A stretch of 9,279 bases of DNA from Octopus sinensis. Its lineage: Eukaryota. The notes beneath the pieces are model-generated. The model saw nothing but the letters and a program-made list of their open reading frames with translations, was not told the DNA's origin and did no database searches. Where the stretch lies: positions 1-9,279 of the forward strand of contig NW_021827987.1 of NCBI RefSeq assembly GCF_006345805.1. Direction: 5' to 3'. This document shows, in pieces, positions 1-7,545 of this stretch. The translations under genes and the position numbers were made by a program. Each line of letters opens with the position of its first letter. Position 1 is the stretch's first letter.

Positions 1-39
1 TCTGGTTGGGGCTCCCATGACAGGTTTTATGTAGAGTTG

Positions 40-62
40 ATATATATATATATATATATATA
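40..62. repeat. (TA)n microsatellite abutting the 3' end of hammerhead-bearing element 1
   Basis: Pure alternating AT run, seen directly. Confidence 0.95.
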
Positions 63-276
63 AAGTTAATCCAAACATGAAAACACAAAGAGAAAACACA
101 ACAACGCGAGGACGTGGAACAAATATAGTATTATTGGACGCTCAGGAAGGAAGGAAGGGAAGAAGGCGGGTTTTACGTTTCGAGCGGAGCTCTTCGTCAG
201 AAACATAGGAAAAGGAAAGATCCAGAGAAGGGAAGACGGAGGGAAAAAAATCGCCAACGGTACACACGCGATACAT
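63..276 (-). mobile_element. Short hammerhead-bearing repeat 1, probably derived from a Penelope-like element terminal repeat or retrozyme
   Basis: Minus strand reads pyrimidine-rich leader, hammerhead, TCCTGAGCGT..AATAC..TTGTTCC..AACT, then (AT)n. The same blocks occur in the same order at 2881-3004. The boundary at 276 is approximate. The Penelope link rests on the known association of minimal hammerheads with these elements. Confidence 0.6.
170..204 (-). ncRNA. Minimal type I hammerhead ribozyme (HHR1)
   Basis: Minus strand GUUU-CUGACGA-A-GAGC(UCC)GCUC-GAAA-CGUA-AAAC. Conserved core, 4-bp stem II, palindromic ACGU stem III, GUA cleavage triplet and 4-bp stem I (GUUU/AAAC). Predicted cut between 174 and 173. 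Confidence 0.8.
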
Positions 277-321
277 GAGGTAGGGAAAGGACATGGGTAT
301 GAAACAGTTGTATCCTCTCAG

Positions 322-405
322 TCGCAATATCTTCATTTCAAACCTGAGGTAGAAAATATTCTGTATATACATTTACCAAACCTAATAACAGCTGCTGCAA
401 TGAAG
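322..405 (+). CDS. Weak candidate coding exon (SQYLHFKPEVENILYIHLPNLITAAAMK), product unrecognised
   Basis: Acceptor-like TTGTATCCTCTCAG ends at 321 and donor-like AAG|GTTTGC starts at 406. The 84 nt are open in one frame only, which is stop-free from 70 to 651. No recognisable homology. Confidence 0.2.
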
Positions 406-500
406 GTTTGCAGAGAATATACCGATTCTTCAGAATTTTTTGGCAACGAACTAGTTCACGAGACTCCGAAGAACCAGTCTTCAAACGATAAAAGAAAAGT

Positions 501-514
501 TGCTGCTGCTGCTG

Positions 515-560
<46 letters not shown>

Positions 561-611
561 CACCACCACTACTACCACCACCTCCTCCTCCTCCACCACC
601 ACCACCACACC

Positions 612-642
<31 letters not shown>
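501..642. repeat. Compound trinucleotide microsatellite (GCT)n(ACT)n(ACC)n(TCC)n(ACC)n(ACA)n
   Basis: Seen directly; successive units differ by one or two bases. Confidence 0.95.
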
Positions 643-643
<1 letters not shown>

Positions 644-732
644 AAATTTTTTAAATGCTAATGAATTTATTGTGTATGTGTGAATGCACAAGAATTTGGA
701 GCGTACAGTTAAAATTATATGAAATTTTACAT

Positions 733-795
733 TCTCTCTCTTTCTCTCTCTTTCTGTCTCTCTTTTCTCTCTCTCTTTCTCTCTCTACACACACA
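733..795. repeat. Interrupted (CT)n followed by short (AC)n
   Basis: Seen directly. Confidence 0.9.
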
Positions 796-874
796 TGCAA
801 TAATTTGTATATATTCATTCATTGAAACCATATATTTATTTGTATGTATGGGTGTGTGCTTATAACTATAGTTC

Positions 875-968
875 TATATATACATACATACATACATATA
901 CACACACATACATATATATATATATATATTATAATATATATATATTATATATATATATATATATATAA
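875..968. repeat. Compound (TACA)n/(CA)n/(TA)n microsatellite
   Basis: Seen directly. Confidence 0.9.
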
Positions 969-1372
969 TGTATACACCCACGCATACAAGAGAGAGGGAG
1001 AGATACTATATCTATCAATACATATATATATTGAATTATATAATAAATGTGTTTTGTATTTATACATTCATATAGAGTATATATAATTTTATGAAATATA
1101 TTTATTACACCCACATGCTTATACAATTCAATTACAATTATAAATATAAACTATATAAATATATATTTATAGAAATGTTTATTTTTGTGTAATATTTGTT
1201 ACATTTTCGTAATTTTTGCTCGTGAATACATTACAGGTCCAAAATCTATTTAATCTCTACCCGCATTACATCTGTACCCGCTCCACACCCGTTTTATAAG
1301 TTGCTCCCTTTTTCACTTTGCTCTTTCAACTTCGCACAATCCCACGGAATTTCAGAAAGCAATAACAACCCA

Positions 1373-1398
1373 TGTGCGTATGTGTGTCTGTATGTGGT

Positions 1399-1443
<45 letters not shown>

Positions 1444-1508
1444 GTCTCTGTGTATGTGCGTGCGCGCCTGTGCGATTGTGTGTGTGTACGCGCGCATGCG
1501 TGCGTGCG
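1373..1508. repeat. Compound (TG)n/(TGCG)n alternating purine-pyrimidine tract
   Basis: Seen directly. Confidence 0.9.
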
Positions 1509-1685
1509 TTAGTCGTAATTGTAGAATGATAAGAACTCAGAGAGACTATAAAAGCTTTTTCAATATTTGGATAACATCACGAGGAATTTGGGGCATAAAT
1601 AATAATGGCAGTTGGATCAATAAAAGCTGCCGTTGGGAATCAGAACGCATAAGAGGAGATAGCAACGGACCTGTGTGCACGTGCT

Positions 1686-1756
1686 GCACAAAAACGCGCA
1701 CAAAATCGCGCACCAAAAACGCGCACAAAAACGCGCACAGAAATGAGCGCGCACAC
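1686..1756. repeat. Minisatellite, ~12-nt unit AAAAACGCGCAC, four near-intact copies plus a degenerate fifth
   Basis: AAAAACGCGCAC, AAAATCGCGCAC, CAAAAACGCGCAC, AAAAACGCGCAC, AGAAATGAGCGCGCAC in tandem. Confidence 0.85.
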
Positions 1757-1782
1757 AACCATTACACATATATACTTATCTA

Positions 1783-2175
1783 TCTCTCTATATATAAAGC
1801 TGAAGTTGTCTGTGTATGGCAGGTTTGGTAGCCTTCAACTAACACTATCCCCTCCGAGACCCTGCAGCGCAGGTTGACCAAAATTGAGAGTATGATAGAA
1901 GAAGGCTTGCTCTTCCTTCCGTAGAAGAAAAATTTCAAATCGAACCATGTTAACACCAAAAATTATTTACATCAAAAAGATGCTTTTTTTCAATGAAAAT
2001 CCCTATTTTTTACGATTTTTTGACAGCTGTGTCGCCATTTTTCGGTGTATTTCAACCAGAAAAATGTTCACTTAAAGAGAATAACAAGCTACATAATGCA
2101 AATTTTTTACTTTTCAAAAGTTCCAATTGTAAAGGGTCGAAACAAATCCGAGCAACGCCGGGCGATTCCTGCTAG
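1783..2175 (+). mobile_element. Non-autonomous Helitron, ~393 bp
   Basis: 5' A|TCTCTCTATATATAAAG (alternative start 1779). Subterminal hairpin CCG-A-GC(AAC)GCCGG at 2148-2161, then CTAG at 2172-2175 followed by T. A|T insertion site with no TSD. All are Helitron hallmarks. Confidence 0.75.
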
Positions 2176-2264
2176 TGTACATATACAGAGGTAAACACTC
2201 ATACACATTATCCTTTAACTTTCGTCTGAGTACCTTGCGATGCATTGTATATTGGTTTTTGGCG

Positions 2265-2642
2265 GAGGCGCAATGGCCCAGTGGTTAGGGCAGCGGACTC
2301 GCGGTCATAGGATCGCGGTTTCGATTCCCAGACCGGGCGTTGTGAGTGTTTATTGAGCGAAAACACCTAAAGTCCACGAGGCTCCGGAGGGGATGGTGTG
2401 ATCCCTGCTGTACTTTTTCACCACAACTTTCTCTCACTCTTACTTCCTGTTTCTGTTGTACCTGTATTTCAAAGGGCCGGCCTTGTCACTCTCTGTGTCA
2501 CGCTGAATATCCCCGAGAACTACGTTAAGGGTGCACGTGTCTGTGGAGTGCTCAGCCACTTACACGTTAATTTCACGAGCAGGCTGTTCCGTTGATTCGG
2601 ATCAACCGGAACCCTCGTCGTCGTAACCGACGGAATGCTTCC
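2265..2642 (+). mobile_element. Full-length tRNA-derived SINE (family 1) with 14-bp target site duplication
   Basis: tRNA-like head with A and B boxes. Exact flanking direct repeat ATTGGTTTTTGGCG at 2251-2264 and 2643-2656. Structured 3' end. Confidence 0.9.
2274..2328 (+). promoter_or_regulatory. Internal RNA polymerase III type-2 promoter of the SINE
   Basis: A box TGGCCCAGTGG at 2274-2284 and B-box-like GGTTTCGATTCC at 2317-2328. Confidence 0.8.
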
Positions 2643-2789
2643 ATTGGTTTTTGGCGAGTTAATAAGGATACGAACCCCTCCGAGCTGCCATTGCGAATCA
2701 AAGGGAGAAAATGAGATTTGTAATCGACGCAAACGTGCTCAAATATCCTACACCCTCGTGTGTGCGCGCGCGTGTCTGGCTATTTCATC

Positions 2790-3004
2790 TTATTGAACCG
2801 TTAATCCTTACACATTCTTTTTCTCTCTCCGTTATTTTTTTTCATTCTCTCTCTCTCTCTTTTCTCTCTCTTAATCCATTCTGTCGAAGAGCGTAGGCTT
2901 GAAACGTAAAATACCTTTCCATTCTTCCAGAGCGTTAAACTAATACACCTGCTTGTTCCTACACCTGTCTTCGTCTTTCGTTTTCTGTAAATTTGAACTA
3001 TATA
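2790..3004 (+). mobile_element. Short hammerhead-bearing repeat 2, same architecture as 63-276
   Basis: CT-rich leader, hammerhead-like core, TCCAGAGCGT (2926-2935), AATAC (2942-2946), TTGTTCC (2953-2959), then AACT-ATATA. The 5' boundary is approximate. Confidence 0.55.
2879..2910 (+). ncRNA. Degenerate or variant minimal hammerhead ribozyme (HHR2)
   Basis: UU-CUGUCGA-A-GAGC(GUAG)GCUU-GAAA-CGUA-AA. Core A6 is replaced by U, G10.1 pairs with U rather than C, and stem I is only 2 bp. Confidence 0.55.
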
Positions 3005-3105
3005 CTATAAATCCTCGAGTATAGTCCGCCCTTGAGTATAATACGCAGGGGATTTTTAGGGGGCTGTACCTCTGAAAAGCCTAAGCCTTGTGTATAATAC
3101 GCACC
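3005..3105 (+). mobile_element. Left terminus of a TcMar Tc2/pogo-like DNA transposon or MITE, other end not found
   Basis: Starts after TA (3003-3004) with CTATAAATCCTCGAGTATAGTCCGC. The motif CTYGWGTATARTMCGC occurs three times (3014-3029, 3031-3046, 3087-3102), resembling internally repeated Tc2-type TIRs. No inverted partner seen in the window. Confidence 0.5.
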
Positions 3106-3396
3106 CCTTCTCTAACTTGAGCCAAGGAGGTCTATATAACATCCTTGGTTTGTAAAACTGTATATGGTAACGTACTTTATTATTATTGTATATATAACAT
3201 AATGCAAACGTGTAGCTTTCTGTTAATTTTGTTTGCAGAAAATAAAGAACTAACAGTAATAACGTTTAATAAATGTTGCTTAAAATGTATTTATGTAGGT
3301 GTTTATGAAAGATAATGTGAGAGAGAGAGAGATAAAGAGAGTGAGTGTTACTTACACATGCATGCAAACAATACATATATGACAACATACACCTTT

Positions 3397-3529
3397 ACTC
3401 TCTCTCTCTCTCTTTCTCTAACGCACACACGTCCATTTCATATACACGTCTCCCTCCCTCTCTCTCTCTCTCTCTCTCTCTATCTCTATCTCTTTCTCTC
3501 ACGCACACACGTCCATTTCATATACACGT
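3397..3529. repeat. (CT)n-associated tandem duplication, 80-bp period
   Basis: TCTTTCTCT(A/C)ACGCACACACGTCCATTTCATATACACGT at 3411-3449 and 3491-3529 (38/39 identical), separated by (CT)n. Confidence 0.85.
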
Positions 3530-3919
3530 ACATACATATTTCACTCCATCCTCTCTTTCACTTTCTGCTCTCACTTCAAAGCAAATGTCACCTTTTCACA
3601 CACACTTACACACGCACTCACATTCTAGATAAAACTGCTGTACGAATTGTTATTTCTTGCTGAGTGCACGCGCAGAATTACAGCTGAAATCTAATTGAAA
3701 TTATCTTTTCCTATTCTGTAATTCGTGTTTCTGATGAGCGTATTTAAAAACCTGATTTTCGATATAAACTTAAAACGAAGTTTTCCTAGCAATCATGTCT
3801 TTTACTTATAGTTTCTAGCATGTCCGAGGTGACATTTGCGCCCCCCCCTTATTTTTTCCTAAATTTCTTCCTATTCTTATGTTTTCGATACAGGAGATTA
3901 AGATTTCTTCCCCAAAACA

Positions 3920-4520
3920 CGTTCTCAATATTTTAATTTTCTCCCTCCTCACCTCAATTTCTTCCTTTTTACTTTTTCCAAATTTGTTTTTCTTCTTTTT
4001 CTTTTTTGTAATCCACGGAGAAAAAAACAGAGAGTACAAATCTTTAAGAATTTTCTTCTTCCTTTTTTCTTAAAGAAACACTAAAATCTCCTTCCCAAAC
4101 ATCCACCCATCACCTCACCACTTTCACAGAGCTACAAACTCCCAATGTTTCACTTTTAGCTTTTTGGAAAGCGAGGAAGTTTCTTCGAAAATAATGTCGT
4201 TTACTTGTTGTTTCTAGCATGTCGAGTTTTCTGGTGGTAGTCTGGTATTTTTTTTGTCTGCTACTTCAGTACACGCGTGAAACATCAGACGAAAGTGAAA
4301 CATTGGGAGGTTTTAGTCTTTGAAAGTGGGTAGGTGATGAATGGGCGAGGTGGGGGAAGGGGCATTGAGTATTGCTTTAAAAAAACTAAACTTAAAATAT
4401 ACATATATATTTCCCAGATTCGTAATCTCTATTTTTCTACGGGGATAAAAAAAAGAATTCGAAAAAGTTACGAATTAATAAATTGCGGTGGGGACGCGGG
4501 AAAATTAAAATTTTGAAAAA
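3920..4520. repeat. Long imperfect inverted repeat: arms ~3920-4156 and 4292-~4520, 135-bp spacer
   Basis: Perfect 18-bp IR CTCCCAATGTTTCACTTT (4139-4156 vs 4292-4309). 4108-4156 matches the reverse complement of 4292-4339 at 43/49. Outer anchor ATTTTAATTTTC at 3930-3941 vs 4500-4511. Confidence 0.8.
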
Positions 4521-4777
4521 GTGATTTCTGAGCAAAATCGTATTAACCCCCCCCCCTTTATACAATGAAACAATGCATAGTTTGTGATCTTTCTTAAGAA
4601 CAGAAAGCACTTTCATGCAAACCCAGGGAAATTGTAACCCCCTCCTTTGACTTTTAAACAAACAATAACTTCCATTACGCCAGTAATCCAGTCCACTAAT
4701 ATTATCAGCTATCAGCTGTGCCGATTCTACCCATAAGAAAAGAACAAATGATATAATGTGGCTGTTGGTCGTAATAT

Positions 4778-4804
4778 CCAGGCAACGCCGGGATGCATTG
4801 CTAG
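4778..4804 (+). mobile_element. Helitron 3' terminus, 5' end not located
   Basis: CC-A-GGC(AAC)GCC-G-GG hairpin then CTAG (4801-4804)|T. Same GCAACGCCGGG...GCTAG|T signature as 2152-2176. Confidence 0.7.
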
Positions 4805-4816
4805 TGTATGTGTATG

Positions 4817-5212
4817 TCTTTTTTTACTCTTTTTACTCTTTTTACTTGTTTCAGTCATTTGACTGCGACCATGCTGGAGCACCGCCTTTAGTCGAGCAAA
4901 TCGACCCCGGGACTTATTCTTTGTAAGCCCAGTACTTATTCTATCGGTCTCTTTTGCCGAACCGCTAAGTGACGGGGACGTAAACACACCAACATTGTTG
5001 TCAAGCAAACACAGACACTTATATATATATATACATATATATACATATATACGACAGGCTTCTTTCAGTTTCCGTCTACCAAATCCACTCACAAGGCTTT
5101 GGTCGGCCCGAGGCTATAGTAGAAGACACTTGCCCAAGGTGCCACGCAGTGGGACTGAACCCGGAACCATGCGGTTGGTAGACAAGCTACTTACCACACA
5201 GCCACTCCTGCG
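4817..5212 (-). mobile_element. Near full-length tRNA-derived CORE-type SINE (family 2, copy A) with internal (TA)n and (GAGTAAAA)n-like tail
   Basis: Minus-strand A box TGGCTGTGTGG (5194-5204), B box GGTTCAGTCCC (5151-5161), CORE-like ACCTTGGGCAAG, central TA/TACA run ~5021-5050 and short tandem tail. Highly similar to 7630-8035. Confidence 0.9.
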
Positions 5213-5213
5213 G

Positions 5214-5348
5214 TATAAACGACGAGCTTCTATCAGTTTCCATCTGCCAAATCCATTCACAAGGTTTTGGTAGGCGCCACCTGGTGGGACTGAACTCTGA
5301 ACGGTGTGATTGTGAAGCAAACCTCCTACCACACAACTATGCCTGCGC
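5214..5348 (-). mobile_element. Diverged, internally deleted 5' half of a family-2 SINE (copy B)
   Basis: Aligns by eye to ~5046-5212 (CAGTTTCCATCTGCCAAATCCATTCACAAGG, GTGGGACTGAAC, TACCACACA) but lacks the ~30-nt GAGGCTATAGTAGAAGACACTTGCCCAAGG segment. Confidence 0.8.
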
Positions 5349-6462
5349 TTATATTTCTTCCATTTATGGACGTTTTTTCTTTTATTTATGATATTTTTCT
5401 ACAGATATTTCAGATTATATTCTATAAGCCTTAATGGCTTCTTTTTCACAAAAATTATGTGAGGCATCGTTCCAATGATGGAGGTGAGAGTGTCTTGCAC
5501 CTTTTTTTTACCAGATCCTATCTCAGCTTTTATTGATTCAAATTCAGAGAAATACAAATAAAGAAGAAAAAAAAACGAATTTTTTTTTTCGTACGTTTTC
5601 TAAAATTCGAATAATTTAGTTTGAAAGAGTAACGTGCGTGAGCTTCAAAAAAATTATCACAATCGGGCATCACCAATGACACCTATGGTATATAAAGAAT
5701 AAAGCGTAGGAAGCTAACGGTGATTCCCCTGGAAGGCAGAGTGTTAAACATGAAACTGTTCTATCTTACTGTTACAGCTCATTATAACAAGTGTTGTAAC
5801 GATGCAGAGAAGACAGAAATTATGTAGGGGCCGAAATGATTTCACTGTTAAATTTATTTAGCTTCGTAGTCTGGTCTTTGCGAGGTTGAGAGTGAGTGAC
5901 TGTATTTGATCATAACATATAGAAAAATGGATGTCTTTTAATGAAATTTTTTTGGTTGTGGCTAATTTTAATACAATATTTATGTGTACATTTTCATAAA
6001 TGTTTGTCCGAGTAGAATTCTACGCATTCGTGAAATATCGGGCGAAAGTGCAACATTAGAAGCAAATCGAATTATTGCCCGAAATTGACCACAAAATCAT
6101 GCAACCCGACCTCGTTTCCGAGGTTATTTTAGTAGAAAAAAGAGTTGTGCCAAAAACATTGTTTATTTGGTAGCCTTTATATATATAGATAGATGATAAG
6201 CAGACAGATAATAAGCAGCTTTCTTTATTATAGTATAGATGTGACTGATTCTGAGAAACATAACTTTCATTATTCACACATCTTTCAAATAACTATAGCT
6301 GATTGTTGAGATAACGTAAAAAATATGTAAATGAAAGTAAAGTTTATTTGGTAGCCGAAAAATTACTGAATCTTTTGATACCCCATACGTCAAAATGGGC
6401 AACTCAATTTTCAAATGCATAATGAACATGCGCGTGCGTGCACACGCGCACACGAACTCTCT

Positions 6463-6683
6463 TATATATATGTGTGTGTGTGTGTGTTTGTGTTTGTCCC
6501 CTATCCTCGCTTAACAACCGATGTTGGTGTATTTACGTCCCTGTGACTTAGCGGTTCAGCACAAAAAACTAACAGAATAAGCACCAGGCTTTAAAAAAAT
6601 GTCCTAGGATTGATTCGATCCACTAAACATTTTGCATGGCCGCAGTTTAATTGCTGAAAGAAGTAAAAGGTAAAATGTAAAAG
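6463..6683 (+). mobile_element. Diverged 3' half of a family-2 SINE (copy C), starting at the central microsatellite
   Basis: (TA)(TG)n, then CGCTTAACAACCGATGTTGGTGTATTTACGTCC, TTAGCGGTTCAGCA, GCATGGCCGCAGT and a GTAAAA-repeat tail. Similar to 7817-8035. No head upstream. Confidence 0.8.
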
Positions 6684-7294
6684 ATATAATGGACGTTTTA
6701 ACATGAATTAACATGTGTATTACCAGTGACTGCCACGGTACAGAATCAATATAAAATTCGTTCTGTATGGTGGGAGTCACCGTGAACTGGGACATTTAAT
6801 ATATGCGTTAAAACTTTTAAAAACGCATAATTTATAACAACTAGTTGGCTGGTGCAAAGAAAGAAAAATATATGGTGCGAAATGGGCTTGGTAGGCAGTT
6901 TTAATGTAAACATTGAGGACAGCAATTATTCTTACAGCGGCCCTCATCACCATATTATCTATTTTTGGAGAGAAAAAAATCCACCAATCTTGTTCCCAGC
7001 TTGCTAGACATATTGTGATCCTCTGTTTACGAATGCACCACAATACGTTTATGTGACCTCTATGTAAACCTGCCTAACCTACAATGGGAATTGTAACAAA
7101 AATCTTCCTCTGTTGTGTTAAACGAAGGAAAGACGGACACAGCACGTTAGTAAAATGCTGTCCTCAATCGGTGTCTGCAAGGCGGGGTGCTCGGACCGCC
7201 TTTGGGCAATGGCGATATTTTTGGTAGGAGCTTCACGTAAGCAAGGAGTGGATAATAAAATTTGTAATAACACACACACACACACACGTATTTG

Positions 7295-7545
7295 GGATCT
7301 TTACCTTTTGACCGACAAATTTTAAAAAATTAATTTTTGTAACTAAACACTTTCAAACTTCGTATACTGGTAGAATGTGTCACATAAAACATCTTTTACT
7401 CTTGGCGTTGTTGAGTAAAATTCTGTATTTTGGAAGTTATTTTTGGTTAAAGTTGTCGTATTTCGTTAGTTTCAACCAATCAATGGCGTGTATTCAGCTG
7501 AATAAAATTACTGCTGTTGTTTGTCAACAATTTCCGGCGGTGATT
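7295..7545 (+). mobile_element. Left-end fragment of a MITE related to 8120-8562
   Basis: Starts GGATCTTT. 7339-7380 matches 8164-8205 at 41/42, and TTTCAACCAATCAATG is also shared. No right TIR. The segment 7496-7545 is assigned only tentatively. Confidence 0.7.

Noticed and set aside
1686-1756. CRISPR-like array
   Set aside because: Units are directly tandem with no unique spacers, in a eukaryotic context. It is a minisatellite.
400-1831. Listed ORFs 400..654 (poly-T part), 844..1086, 929..1126, 1294..1497, 1301..1831 and 1546..1758 as genes
   Set aside because: Their length comes largely from microsatellites and minisatellites (poly-T, YI, CV, HT repeats), with no recognisable domain.
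2230-2262. GIY-YIG endonuclease remnant (VPCDALYIG) upstream of hammerhead element 2
   Set aside because: A stop lies just upstream, and with the SINE removed the sequence continues FWRVNKD without the expected (E/Q)T..R...R..EH pattern. Likely chance.
2265-2340. tRNA gene
   Set aside because: The A/B boxes are tRNA-like but the acceptor and anticodon stems do not close, and the sequence continues into a TSD-flanked SINE body.
3625-3628. CTAG as the mirror-image Helitron 3' end of the foldback's left arm
   Set aside because: The position roughly mirrors 4801-4804, but there is no hairpin and the adjacent sequence does not resemble the reverse complement of 4741-4800.
3727-3760. Fourth hammerhead suggested by GTTT-CTGATGAG
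   Set aside because: No stem II and no GAAA follow, so the core cannot form.
4727-5332. ORFs 4727..5092, 4995..5273 and 5114..5332
   Set aside because: They lie mostly within SINE copies A and B and are fortuitous frames.
6109-6124. ACCTCG(TTTC)CGAGGT hairpin (GAAA loop on the minus strand) as a ribozyme part or Helitron hairpin
   Set aside because: No CUGANGA nearby and no CTRR about 10 nt downstream. A 6-bp hairpin is expected by chance.
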